64,000 bases of DNA from Trichodelitschia bisporula (Eukaryota): assembly GCA_010356995.1 (NCBI GenBank), contig ML996690.1, forward strand, positions 1,086,217 through 1,150,216. The letters run 5' to 3'. Position 1 is the first letter of the stretch. The number at the start of each line of letters is the position of its first letter. The notes beneath the pieces were generated by a model. It was not told the origin of the DNA. It searched no databases and saw nothing but the letters and a program-made list of their open reading frames with translations. The position numbers were made by a program, and so were the translations under genes. Positions 21,268 through 34,176 of this stretch are shown piece by piece.

Positions 21268-24103
21268 CTAAACATCCCTAACCGTCGGCGGCCCACCACC
21301 CCCACTCGCAGCCCGACTCGAGGACCCCACGCCCCTCAGATTCAAACTTCCAATCCGATTCACCAGGTTACTCCCAACAGCATCAACAGCCCCACGGGGC
21401 GCCAGCAGCGACGGCGTATGTGCTGCCGTCTCCTGCACCTTGAAAAGCTTGACTGTGGTACTATTCCAAACACCTGCCGTGCCCTTGGACACCAGCATCT
21501 CGCTCGTAAAGATGAAGCCCCACAGCAGGGACTCGTACCACCCGAGTGACAGTGGCGACCACTCGAAGAGATGCACGCGAATAGCCGAGGGCTCGATGCC
21601 GCCGACCACGGCTTTGCGGATGGCGGCTAGGGCTGTGCTGGGGTCTTCGTTGCCCGTCAGCGGGACTTGCGGGGTCAGCTCCGCGACGAGGGTCAGGAGT
21701 GTGTGGAGGGGCAGTTCGGGTTGCCAGCTTTCAATCTATTGGGTGTTAGATAGGAGTCACGGCGAGTTTCTGTAGGCTTACCCATTCCGCAGAAGGTAGG
21801 AAACTACCATTGTTCGTTACGGTTGGAGTCAAGGTGTGCAGGCTGGATATGCTGTTCTGACGAGAGAACGAAGGCTGGCCCACGGGCATCTTGCCCCGAG
21901 CCTTTTCCGACATGCCCCTCAGCTGCAGAGGTACCGTTTCATCGAATGACGAAATCGACGCAGCTCTAGGGCTGTCAATGGAGTGCGTACTCGCCTGAAG
22001 TGGTGGCTGAGGCAGCTCATCATTTTCAGATTCGTCATCATCCCCAATGGCGAAGGCGCTGTGCTCCTCGGGTACATTGCTAAGACTCGGGCTCCGTACA
22101 GACATCGGGCTTCTGATACTGTCGATCGAGTTTGTGCGCGACACTGAACCAGTGTTTTGCTCTTTGCGCAACTGGTTCTGACGCTCAATTTCTTCCTGTC
22201 CACTCTCAAGGGTGAAGGCGCGAAGTGTCTGGAAGCGTTTGCGCGAGCGCAAGATTGCATACACTAGGTTGGGGTTTTCTGGAGGTGTCAGTATATCGTT
22301 CCAAGAGGACGGTAAGCTTACTGCTGTACTGATGCTCGATAATGGCGTTGAGAGCTTCAAGTAGCGACTGCAGGAGAAGATGATTCGTCTCGTTCGCGAG
22401 CAGGAACGATGGCGAAGACATCGAAGCGAAAAGCTGCAACAACCTTGAGCTCGTCGATCTTCCCAGATTCTCAACATAGGGAGCGATATTGTTGATGATG
22501 GCAAGGAGGGCGGTGTAAACTGCTTCAAGTCTCCCTTTGCCTACGGTCAAAAGCGTGTAGATTGACTTGAAGTGTTAGCACAGTACAAGCAAAAGAAATT
22601 GGCGCCCTTACAGAGATGAGATAGTCGGCATACGTCCCGTGAAAATTGGGGATCCTGATGCTAGGCGGCAGAGTTTCCTGGCCTTCGAACCGCTTGTTGA
22701 GACTACGGCCGAAATTCGGCTCGACACTGAGAGTTTGTAGAATGAAGACACACATTCTGATGAGGCTCTGCTTTGATGAGTCATTCTTCTGATCCAGGGC
22801 GTAGAAGAGCACGAGGATGATGAAATCATGTGCGCGATCTGTGTCAATGATAAATGAGCGGAACCGCTTGTTGCACTGGAGTGCCTCCCAAAAAAGCATG
22901 AGCATCTCAGGTGCCCAAGTGAGCGACTTTTGGCTTCCAGGGAGGTATGAGGAGCTGGCTTGCATCTAGAATTGTTAGCGGGGAAAAGTAGAGTTACAAG
23001 GCTACAAACCGGCTGGTTCAGTATCCGCGTCATCCCGTCTACCAGAAACTGAAAGTCCTGGGGCCGATGTAACCGCCCCAGGAAATGGCGAAAGAAGTTC
23101 TTGGGAGCGTAGCCATTCTCGTTCTCTGGAACTGGATAGAGAATGAGCACAAGGAGGAACTGCAGGCAGTATGTGACGAGTAGCTCCTTGTTGTCTTTGA
23201 ACACAACATGATCGTACGGCACACGCCACGTCGCGGGGTTGTACTTGAGAGTGGTGTTAAGGAGCGAGCAGAGGGTTGAGAGGACAGTCTGCTTGTCCGG
23301 GCAGGTTGCGATATACGTAATCGCCCTGACTCCCTTGACCGGAAGGACGTTGGGTGTCATGTACATCGCTCGGCTGCATAAAACGAGAAGCAATCTCAGG
23401 ATCTCCGTGCGATTGTTCTCATACTCCTTGGTCGACGTCACAGGTGTATGGCATCCCACACCGGTCTGCCATATCGCGTATGTCACTTTGGGCTTCCCAG
23501 CAGCCGCTCTGGGAAGAGTGAACTCTGAGAAGAAGAGCAAGTCTATCAGTGTATCGATGAGCTCCTCCGCCAGGGGCTTCGTTTCCACAGACTCCGGCTC
23601 TTGAGCTTCCGGAGCCTCGGTCGCAGATTCGAACAAGACTTCTGACTTGGGGGCCTTAGACTTCTTGCTCTTCTTCCGCCGGGGTGTCCAGAAGAACTTC
23701 TCTTCCCAGGCCTCAAGACTATCCGACTCGTAAATGAAGGGCAGTAGCCGCGTCAAGACACGGATACAGTTCAAGGCATCGCGCTCTGGAGCGAGATCTG
23801 GATCGGGGAAGGAGGGGTGATTGCGGAGAGTGCAGAGTCTAGAGGTGACGGCTAGAATGAGCGTTTCGAGGTTCTCTAACGCGCTGTCTCTGGTCCGTCT
23901 AATGTCGGTGGGGGAGAAGAGGGTAAAGACATCCTCGGCAGACTCGGGGAGTTGCCAGAACTGTATGTAGTGTTAGCACAGCTTGTGCTACTGGTTCCTA
24001 GACATACGCCAGTCCAGTATTGGTCGTCAGCTGGAATAGCCTTCTGCTCTGAGAGCTTGAATATGCCTTGTTTGAAGACGAGCTTGGAATCGGAGGCACC
24101 CAT
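21268..24103 (-). CDS. HID1: HID1/Ecm30 family Golgi protein, multi-exon
   Basis: Myristoylation-type start MGASDSKLVFKQGIF, LNCIRVLTRLLPFIYE, LGRLHRPQDFQFL, NPNLVYAIL, GVWNSTTVKLF. Several GT-AG introns, the first at 24007-23961. Confidence 0.93.
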
Positions 24104-24493
24104 GGTGATAGGATTGGGAATAGTCCATGCGGCGGCTGAAGCTGGCAGCGGTCATGTATGTGCGACTACGGCAAGTGGTTTTCGAGCATGCCAATGGTGA
24201 TTGTTGGTGTTGGTTGGTGCGCATCACCGTCGCCGCCAGCGGATGTCGATGACTGAAGTGCCGCTGAATCAGCAAACCAAGCCACAAGGCCGACGGCTCA
24301 GCCACCTGGACAACCTCGTGCGAGCTAAAGAGATCCAGACCGAGGAGGACATCCACCAGTCGGCTTTACGGCACAAGGGACGGAGAACATCAATGAGTCT
24401 CTCAATGCATTATTATTTCATGAGTAATCGGATACTGGACATCGTTTAATCCAATTCACGCCCGACTTTAGCAGCCACATCATGCTTCTACCT

Positions 24494-26485
24494 CTATTTC
24501 CATGAACCACCCAAACCCGCTCCATCTTCCACTGGAGCCGTAATCAAGTGATCCCAGACCTCGTTTCCATCGACAAAGAGCCGATAATGGAGCATACTTT
24601 GCTCGTTTTCCTTCGGGACAGAGATCTCAACCGCTCCGAATTTGGAATTCCCATCCGGAATGTATCTGCATATGTCAGCTGAAAAGCGCAAGCGCTCAGT
24701 CTAGACGTACTTTATGCATATGTCCTCCCCGTCGGTCTGTTTGTAAGTCCTCAGGGGAAGGTAGAACATGCTCAGCGGGCTAGTAGAGTACTCGTACACC
24801 GTCGCGGTCGCCGGGTAGCGACTATCTTTGGGAGGTGGGAAGCTGGTAGCGGCAAACTCGTGCCGATCACCACTCAGAACAACGACGCCGGCCCCATTTG
24901 CACCCGCTTCCCACATGGCTTCTAAGACGACCTGGCGCTCGGCTAAGTAGCCGCCCCAGGTATCAGCATCGCCAAAGCGCCAGTTCTTGGTGAAAGGAAT
25001 GCTAGAAACGACAATTTTCCATCGCACACCGGGCGGGAGTGGTCGTCGCAAAAAGGTAAGGAGGTCAGCAAGCTGCTGCTGTCCGAGCATACTCTTGCTG
25101 AAGTCCATCTTATTTGCGTTTTCCGGCGTCCGGTAACGGCGCGTATCCATCAGGAAGAATGAAGCCGGTCCTTGGGTAAACTCAAAGTATGAGTGGCCTG
25201 GTTGAACGGCAGGGGGATTGACGGAGACGTGGTAATTCTCCCATGGATCTGAAGCTGCTTGATACAAGCCTGTTGTATTACCATCCCAGTCGTTTGCGAT
25301 TTCGTGGTCGTCAAGGACGTGGATCCACGGGAGTGAATCAGAGACGGATGGCCACTCTGGTGAGGCGTAGACGCGGCGGTATTCACTCCGGTAGGTCTCC
25401 GCATCTTTCCCAAACCGATGGGGAACATCAATGTAGATGAAGTCCCCTAGGAAGATCATGAAGTGAGCTTTCAGCTTGGGGATCCAGTCTGCTAAATATC
25501 TGAACCCGGGGATGTGGAGGGGATGCGAAAGAGGGTTGTAAGGAAAGCGTGCCTTGATGCAGCTCGAGTGAAGAAAGGTAAACTTCCCATCGTTCCTCGC
25601 CGAAGCCTTGCCCACAATTGGACTGGTACTGAAGTAGCCCGTATGCTTGTTCGAGAAGGCGTACTGGTACCGAGTGTCAGGAAGCAGGTCTGAAATTGTT
25701 ATGCTGCCGGTGTAGTCGGTGCTCTGATTCAGGTCTTTCGGAAAGGAGATGAAGCCCGCATCCTTCCAAGTGGCGTCTGGAGCGCCCTTTGCTAGGGGCG
25801 TATCTGCGTAGCGATAGGAGAGATATATCGGAACATTCTTCATGTCTGGTTCGCGGACAAGTAGTTTAGCACTATCTGAGGACACATAGCCAGCCCTAGC
25901 AAACGACAGGTCTTGGGACTCGTGGAGAAGGGGTGCGCGATACACCATGTCAATTGTCATAGCGATCAATGCGAAGTTGATAGCTGCCGTGATGAAACTC
26001 CAGAAGAGAGATGTCGGACTAGGGACTCCAAGGAGAAGTGATTTGAGGATGGAGGGCTTCTTCTCCTCCAGCAGCATTGTCTCTTCAATGATGCAAGATG
26101 TTGATGTCTCGGCCTCATCTTGAAGACCTTCGCCCGAGTCCGAATCCACGTCTGAATCTATACCTTGACCGACAGTCTCTTGAGTGATGATGTCAATTTC
26201 GTCGGATATAACATTGAACGCCGAAGTGTACTGCAGGTTGTAGACGAATGATGGCAAATATACGGCCGCCGCTGTAAAAACGATTACGGGAAAGTGCTAC
26301 ACATGTTACTTTGCGAACTCGCAAGGATGTAAGGTAGCGTACATGTCCAGGAATCTAGGCTGCCATTAGTCCAGGAAGCACGTCGTCTGGATACCGAACC
26401 GTACCCATCGTAAGAAGGCGTAGGCTGCGAGCCTTAACACGGTCGATGAAATCGCCGCGAGGGCTTCCGATCCTAGAGCCATCAT
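24494..26485 (-). CDS. PhoD-like (alkaline phosphatase D) membrane-anchored metallophosphatase, 4 exons
   Basis: FLGDFIYID, DDHEIANDW, MDTRRYR, DTWGGY, LSGDRHEF. Introns 26404-26355, 26342-26297 and about 24710-24666. Confidence 0.92.
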
Positions 26486-26877
26486 GTATGTAGTAAATTT
26501 TGGCTCATGCCCAGTGATCCGCGAGTTGAAGTGAGATGGAGGCTTCAGTGTTTACTCGCATGTGATGGGGACGATGGGCATGACGTCGGCGACTGCAAGG
26601 CCGACCGCGGGAAGCCGCTAAGCCCTATTTATGGATAGCTCACTCGTGTAGGGGCCATGGGCCACAAAAGAAAGTCGTGGCCGCCTTGTCCTGGTGTTAT
26701 TGCGGACAGGGACAGCCACGACCTTTCCGTATGGCCCTTGAGCCATTTGGGTCGTGTTGCCTTGTTGCCTCTTTAATTAGGGATGAGGTTTCCCCAGTAC
26801 AAGCCATTCGATTAACCACCGCGTTTGTGCTTTGCTAGACGCTGCAACTCTGGATTATCTTATTGCCTAACATCATC

Positions 26878-27700
26878 ATGTCTTCAACAAACGACCAAGA
26901 CCCATTCCTCCAGGTTCAAACGTATGACAGGTTCCTTCCGCTTACCAGAATCTGCTGATACCCAATAGCGACGTTCTCTCCCTCCTCAACACCACACGCC
27001 CTATATTTTCCTCCTATCTGCGGATACGCTCTACAGCCTCTTCGCTCAACTCTCCGGAGCTTGTCGAAGCTCGCAGCGACCTCGAAGCAACCTTGGATGA
27101 CTTACAAGCTGATCTTGCGGACCTCGTCGAGAGTGTCAAGGCCGTTGAGCTAGACCCGTACAGATATGGCATCGAGCTCACAGAAGTGGAACGAAGGCGG
27201 CGGTTTGTCCAAGAGGTGGGAGGTGAAATAGAGGACATGAAGGAAGAGCTTCTGAAACCGATTGGTGGAGGCCCCAAGGGTAAAGGCGTGTTGAATGGTG
27301 ACATGCTGCCCGATCCCGATAGCTTCGACGATCCCGACGATTATGTGGCCTTTGAGCAGGAACGTCAAATGGAGGTCATGCAGGAGCAAGATGAGGCTCT
27401 TGATGGCGTCTTCCGCACTGTGGGGACTTTGCGACAGCAAGCGGATACCATGGGAAGAGAACTGGAGGAGCAGGGAGAGCTGCTAAATGAAGTGGACGCA
27501 GTCGCGGATCGAGTGGGCGGAAAGCTTCAAACCGGCATCAAGAACGTAGGATGGGTCATCAAGCAGAATGAGGGTATGCAATCTCACGATTCTTGGCGTT
27601 CCACAAGCACTAATGCTCCCCAGACGCATTGTCCAGCTGCTGCATCGCGGTCTTGATTGTCGTCCTAATCATCCTCTTGGTCTTTGTATTGATCATATGA
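26878..27700 (+). CDS. TLG1: Syntaxin-6/Tlg1 t-SNARE, 3 exons
   Basis: DPFLQVQ N-terminal Syntaxin-6 motif, SNARE helix EQDEALDGVFRTVGTLRQQA…ELEEQ, C-terminal SCCIAVLIVVLIILLVFVLII transmembrane anchor. Confidence 0.93.
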
Positions 27701-28731
27701 TCGCGGAGCCCTTTCCGCATGACACCTGGTCTATCCGCACGAAAATAGGATGGCTTGAGGCGGCGCAATCAAGCAGCAGGCACTCATCCCTCGAATTAGT
27801 GGCTTCTTGAGGCGCTCCGCTCAGATATAGTCCTGCATTGGAAGACTAAGGTCGGCTGTTGCACGCCGGGGGCTGCAGTGATATACGTGGGATGTGGGTA
27901 ACCTTGCAATCGTTTTGAGCAATCACGATACTCATGCGCGAAGAGAAGCCTCACGGACCATCGAACGCGGGGTATTTCCTCCCAGGCGCTTCCACAGTTT
28001 TTGGCCTCCGATCGCATGCGAACCGAGTCGCCGCAGCGTCATCAAGCAAGGAGCAACAAGCGAACGATCAGACCAGGGGTCCCGGCTCTAAGTTTGGCAC
28101 ATCAACCTTTTCCCCACCACGGCAAGTACATTATGTTCCGCAGTTTTTTGGTCTGCAAATCAAGAGATGTGGGGTTGTTGGGGTCTCAGGATTTCCGGGG
28201 CGGCAGGCGGTTGGAGCTTGAGCTCTGCTTGCCAGGGGCTGAAGCACTTGTTGTGTCACGACTGCGCATAGCGACTCTTCAATCTATCTGATCGCTTTTC
28301 CTAGCTTTGTTACTAGCGTCATTGGCAGCGCACACTCAAGCTACTTGCTGATGTTGTAAAGCGCAAACAGAGTGTACGGGAAGGCGAGTTACACACCACC
28401 CCTTGCGTCAGATCTCAAGTTCCAATACGGTCCAGCCACAATTAATTGCGAGCAGCAAGTGGGTATGGCCTTTATGTCTCTGGGGCAGCATAGGACAAGC
28501 GATGTAGTAGCGGGCTGGGCATGTGTTCAGTCATATTCACTCAACAGTCCTTTTCTCGACCGCCATCCGCAGATCTGCAAGCTCAGGTGGATTGTTCGGA
28601 GGGGCAGATACGGTGATGAACTTGTCTTTTCTTTTTCCTAGATCCCTTTAACTTCGTCTCATGGACATCGCTGGGTTCGAAGAGTCACGATAAGCTTCGC
28701 CGACAAGCTTCTACCTCTTCCTCCTTCGACA

Positions 28732-31187
28732 ATGGACCCAGAGGATCGACGTTGGTACAGGCCGTCACCGCTTGCAATTGGCATCTGGCTATCTCAGTTG
28801 AAAGTTTACACGCCTACCGCCATTGTCGTATGCTTGCACGTTGTGCTGTGGTGCTCGATATGTATCCTGTTGCTCTCCATTTACCTCTTGGGTTCGGCTT
28901 CGGTGGATGTAATACTACGACCTTCAGCTGTGTTCATGTTGATCTCGGTAGGCACTCTTCCCTGTGCTCGCAGTATACTAACCAGCCAGTCTTTGCTCTC
29001 CCTGCTGTATATCGCATTTCACAGCATTGTCTCAAGGCGCCACATTCTCGGGCTGGAAGATAGGAACGCTCCGCTTTGGATCCAAAATCCGTCCTATGTA
29101 TCCATTCGCCTGGCGGTTGCGGGGTCCATTGCATGGCTCGTCACGGCAGGATGGAACATAATAATTGCAGCTAGGCAACCTGTGTGTTTGAGTGGAGGCG
29201 TGGTGGCTGGATTCTGGCAAATTGGCGGGCGCTGTGTTGCCCACAGGTTTGGAACTGGAGTGACGATGATAGTCTTGTAAGTCTGCCAGGCCTTTGAGAG
29301 ATATCACGCTAACGATCTAGGATCTTTTCATGCCTTCTGTTCGCATGCATAGCCACCGCTCATGACCCCTTCGAGTCCCATCTCCTTGGAAAGACCAAGG
29401 CCATCGAAGAGCTGCCTCCTCAACTACCTCCGACAGCCTCAGGCTTCGGCTCAGGGGATCTGGAAAAGCGAGGCAAAGGGCACAGCCACAGCAGCAGTTT
29501 TGGATCATTATCATCCGCTCCACCCAACTCCGCAATCCTGTCTCGACCACTTAGCCCGATGTCATATGAACACGTTGGACTGGGAATCACGGCCCCAGCC
29601 GACAGTCCACGCAGGTCATCCAGCCCGCGAGTAGCAACGCAACCCATTGAAAGGCCACAACCCTCGGCCAGCCCAGTGGAATACCCCGCGATGACTGAAA
29701 GACCGGCCACTGCATACAGACCGTTGGTGATGGTGGAGGCAGTCGACAGACCAAAGACTTCGTACATTATGTTCCCTATCGCTCCACCGGTTGCGCCACC
29801 TGGAACTTCCAGTGGTATCGAAACGGCAACCGAGCCTCCTATTGAAAGGCCACGCACCACGAGCGGTATTGCGAAGGCAATTGACTTCATTGAGCGGCCA
29901 AAAACTGCTTACGGCATGAAGATGGTCATTGCTGAACTGATTACAAGACCGAAAACTGCCCACGGTATGGGGGCAAAGGAAGCGGCACCGCCTGCAGAGA
30001 GACCACGCTTTTCTTTCGAGTCGGAAACACCAGATGCCGAAATAGTTGCAAGACCGGAGGTCGCCAGGGTGGCGCCGGTAGGCAATGATAAGTGGCAACG
30101 GCGTGCCCAAGGAGAAGTGTCTCAGTCTCAGAGTCCAAGAATGGCAACCACTCCGCTCATCAAGAAGCTTCGTGCTATGCACACAGCCGAAGCAGCACCT
30201 GCTCCACCGGCTCACCCACCCACACAAAGGCCGTACACTCCCCAGGATATCGGGGTGGCACTCACTGCGCCCGTTGCTGAACCCGTTGAGAGGCCTCGCA
30301 CGTCGCATGGCATCGGACACGCCATCACCGCACCAATACCCGAGCCCATCCAACGGCCGCGTACCTCGCAGGGCGTCGGGAAAGCAATCACGACACCGAT
30401 TGCCGAACCCATTGAGCGGCCGCGTACCGCTCACGGCATCGGTATGGCCATGGTTGCTCCAGTTCAACGACCTGGCACATCGCCTGGCGGCTTTCGGCCA
30501 ACCCACCGGCGCACCCAAAGTGCCCAGAACGCTCAGACCGTAAAGGCTCTCGTCGGCTTTACACCACCGGTCCGGAACGTCCCTGTGATCCAGATGGACT
30601 CTGCTATGCGCGCCGTCCGTCCATCCGCCTCCAACTTCCGCGCTGGATCTTCGATCGTCCGGCCCGGGTCCGCTGGCACTGCGCGCATCGGACCTGGCAA
30701 GAGTCCATACAGCTTTCAGAGCTCGCATCTGCGCTCCAGCAGCATGACGCATCTCCCATTGACACCTCCGAGCCGTGACTCGTCACGGGGCTCTAGCTCT
30801 GGTAGCGCCCCTGCTATCCCGCGGCGCAGCCACTTACGGCATGGGAGCGAGTCTGATCTACCGCGCTCGGGACAACGTACCGTCGTATCTCGGGTTGAGG
30901 ACATAGAGCTGATGGACATGCTGGAGGTCAAGTTGGCTGAGTTGCAGGGAATGATTGAGCGGAACAGGGCCGGAAGCTCTGAATCCGGGTCTGATACATC
31001 CACGGATCAAGGCATCGTGCATCCAGGGTCGCGCGTTCGGATGGTTAAGAAGGCGAAGAGTACAGGCAATTTGCTTCTGGACGACCATTCAGCGGCCTTG
31101 GAAACACCGCCGCCGGACTACCGTGAGGAAAGGGTTCGTCCTGGGCAAAAGCCGCTGACTGAACTGCGGACACAGTGGTTTGATTAA
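28732..31187 (+). CDS. Hypothetical membrane protein: about 4 N-terminal TM helices plus a long disordered tail with RPxT repeats
   Basis: Introns 28948-28989 and 29277-29320 (GTAAGT…CTAAC…TAG) join the hydrophobic 182-aa ORF in frame to the 542-aa ORF. Confidence 0.8.
30249..30437 (+). repeat. Three 63-bp (21-aa) coding repeats
   Basis: IGVALTAPVAEPVERPRTSHG / IGHAITAPIPEPIQRPRTSQG / VGKAITTPIAEPIERPRTAHG. Confidence 0.88.
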
Positions 31188-31595
31188 TGCTTGGACTCGC
31201 AAGTGTAAAGCGTGATGGACAGGAATGTACTGGTACTGTATAATTAGTCGATCATTGAAAGCGAACATTGCTCGGAATTGTAAAGCATGTACGAATATGA
31301 GATTTCTCTAAGTTCTCTACTGTATGATCCTACGATCCTGTGGCGTGGGGTTCCCTGCAGCTGAATCTGGATGCCCCAGGCACCCTTACAGAAATGTGCA
31401 TTCCAGCCACTGCTCTCCGCTGCTCCGCTGCCGCCTTCCTCCGCGGGCGTTCGAGGATTGGCCCCCTTTCAACCTTCCGTCCCTACGACATTGGGCTGTA
31501 TCGATCCTTCTACTTCTCTTCTGAAGTTGCCTTTGCTACGCGCTACTTTTACCCAATGAACCTGCCAGCATGAGGACTCTCCTTCGGAGCACAGT

Positions 31596-33959
31596 ATGGA
31601 CGACTGGGGCGACCCGTGGGCCGAGACTGCGGAGAACACGAACATCAAGAGGCCACCTGCGATCAGCAACGACAATGTGAAGCCTTCCATATTTGGAGGA
31701 TTCGAGGATGAAGCAGGGTGGGGAGACTGGGAGACAGCTGCACCAGGACCCTGGGGAGAGAGCCAGTCTAATACTTTTGGCACTGAGGCGCGCGAGCCTT
31801 CAGAGGCCAGCGATACCTACCTAAATGAGGATACTTTGGCGACGGAAACGACCTCTCCTTCGCTAGGAGACTGGCAAGATCCCCCGACTTGGAACGCGGT
31901 GCATCTTGAAGAAGCTTCCCTCGGTCAACAGCTGGAGGGGCCCCACCTTGGCCTCGGAGGACACATTACTGAATGGGATGGGAATCTGCGGCAGCATTCT
32001 ACATCGGAGGCCAGCACCATTGTCACCAATGATACTCATGCAGAGATACTAGGTCACCATGCAGCTTCCGACATTACTTTCTCGCATCCGGTCGTGGAGG
32101 ATGGCTCTTCAATACTGTCGTCTATTGCATCCTCCGGCGTGAGCGTCAATTACGAAAAGCCTCAAGACTCGCCGAGGACCTCGATCGACAGCGGCATCCA
32201 CTTGAAAGCAGATGAAGAAATCACTTCATCTAAAAAGTCATTTGGCGTTGTTCATGCTGAAAGAATCATTGATGGATACCTGGAAAAAGGTGGCATTGCG
32301 GTTCCCGGTCACGAGATAGGAAATGTGGTTGTGGATGGTGAGGGCAGTACACCGAGCAGCGGTTCCGGAAATGGCCTAGGCATCGATGTTGTTATCGACC
32401 GGGAGCACAAGCATGCCTTCAATGACACCGCGGTCTTTCAAGCAGATCTCTCACTCATTGACTCGCTATATCCAGCTCGGAAAGGCCCTAGTACACAACA
32501 GCCCCCTCTGGACACGTTGATATCGACAACTTCAGCCCGAAAGGCGTGGTACCGCCTCACGCGCGGGCAAACTCTTCGTGAATTTAACAAGGGCGACGCC
32601 GACGACAATTATATTCGCGTTGCCTGGCCCGATTCGGCCATCCGGTCCGAAGTTCTAAGGACTGTTGCGCGATGGACAGTCGAGGACAAGGCAAATGGCG
32701 GTCGTACCAATCTGGGCGGAAGGCCAGGCGCTTCATTTAGCTGGGGAGACTTCAAAAGCGACGTCAAGCCAGTACATCGACCGGGCTTCTCCCTCAGTGG
32801 AGATACTCGATCGTTTTCTACTGAACTTTGCAGTCCGACGAGCCCAAAGCACCGAACCACCCGGTCTGTCAGTGCACGAGCTTTTGTAGAAAGCCCAAAC
32901 GACATAGCTCAGTTCAATTGGAGTTCATCGGCAAATACTGCGGCATTACCCATCCTACCGAAAGTACCAGCCAAGGATTTCGAAAGGGCCGTAGAACACG
33001 ACGATCAGCGTATTGACGGTGGCACGGCCTCGCACATAGGCCATTCTCGTCAATCTGCCTCCCTTAGCATCGCTGCGGAGCAAGCGCCTGCGACTTTACA
33101 CCGCCGTTCCGCCACGAATGTCATCTCTTCTAGCAACCTAGAGGAGGCACTCAGTCTTACGACACGTAGGGATTTTCAGTTCCCTCTAACTCGGAATGGG
33201 GCCCTAAGCTCGGAAAATGAGCGCGCCCAAACTCCTAAAGATGCAGATGCGCCGGATGTTTCCTCCGTGCAACCGGGCACTGGGTCGACAATTACTCAAG
33301 CCCCTGACGACGATGAGGACGAGGAGTGGGGAGACATGGTTGGAGCCTCGCCGACTCCGGAGATTATTTCCACGCCAGCACTGGTACCTCAGGAAGTCAC
33401 TTCGGCGCCCTCTAGTGCAGACGCAGACAACATCTCCGTCCAAAAGCGCCGCCCGCCAGATATTGTACTCCCGCTGAGCAAGCAGCCACTTCTGATCCCC
33501 CGAGTTCTCAGTCCCAGCCGCAAAGCCGCTTTCGAGGCGGCACGAGTCTCCCGGACCTTGAGCTCTCAAGTCTCAGATCCTCCTCCTCTCACCCTGGATA
33601 CTACCCAGCCAACTCTCCAACGGCAACCCTCCGTTGCAAAGCTCAGATCTTCACTTTCGGCGACCCCTACGAGCCCCTGGAGGCCGTCGCCCAGCTTGAG
33701 GGAAAGCCCTTTCTCAAGTCAAGCGCTCTCCCCATCATCCAAAATATCAGCTTCTTCATCTCATTCTCCAGTGGCATCCGAAGCGACGAGGCCTATCGCC
33801 GATACTGATTGGTGGCTACAGCCGAGTTTCACGCAGGAGGAGTTTGGCATGATTGAGGCAAGCCTTGAGCGAGAAGCTCCGGAGCGAGTACAGATGGAGA
33901 TAAGCGAGGCGGCACTTGAGATCATTCGTGGCCTTCCTGACCTCTCTTACATGTTGTAA
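31596..33959 (+). CDS. 787-aa hypothetical protein; aftiphilin/Laa2-like clathrin-AP-1 accessory candidate
   Basis: Intronless ORF with repeated acidic WGD(W/F/M/P) and FGGF motifs and C-terminal IIRGLPDLSYML. Confidence 0.8.
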   Translation: MDDWGDPWAETAENTNIKRPPAISNDNVKPSIFGGFEDEAGWGDWETAAPGPWGESQSNTFGTEAREPSEASDTYLNEDTLATETTSPSLGDWQDPPTWNAVHLEEASLGQQLEGPHLGLGGHITEWDGNLRQHSTSEASTIVTNDTHAEILGHHAASDITFSHPVVEDGSSILSSIASSGVSVNYEKPQDSPRTSIDSGIHLKADEEITSSKKSFGVVHAERIIDGYLEKGGIAVPGHEIGNVVVDGEGSTPSSGSGNGLGIDVVIDREHKHAFNDTAVFQADLSLIDSLYPARKGPSTQQPPLDTLISTTSARKAWYRLTRGQTLREFNKGDADDNYIRVAWPDSAIRSEVLRTVARWTVEDKANGGRTNLGGRPGASFSWGDFKSDVKPVHRPGFSLSGDTRSFSTELCSPTSPKHRTTRSVSARAFVESPNDIAQFNWSSSANTAALPILPKVPAKDFERAVEHDDQRIDGGTASHIGHSRQSASLSIAAEQAPATLHRRSATNVISSSNLEEALSLTTRRDFQFPLTRNGALSSENERAQTPKDADAPDVSSVQPGTGSTITQAPDDDEDEEWGDMVGASPTPEIISTPALVPQEVTSAPSSADADNISVQKRRPPDIVLPLSKQPLLIPRVLSPSRKAAFEAARVSRTLSSQVSDPPPLTLDTTQPTLQRQPSVAKLRSSLSATPTSPWRPSPSLRESPFSSQALSPSSKISASSSHSPVASEATRPIADTDWWLQPSFTQEEFGMIEASLEREAPERVQMEISEAALEIIRGLPDLSYML

Positions 33960-34176
33960 CGCCCGCGCCGTATTCTGACGGTACATCGACGCTTCCTGCT
34001 GAAAGATCTACCAGAGAAAACGATATAAAAATGTCCATACTCGATATGGACATACAACTGTAGGCTGAGACTTCTCTCAGCGAGTTTGTGCCTTTTACGC
34101 ATTGATGCGAGCTGATAGTTATGGGATGAGTCCGTTTCTTGTAATCTCATGATACCACATGTTAGGCGTATAGGCT

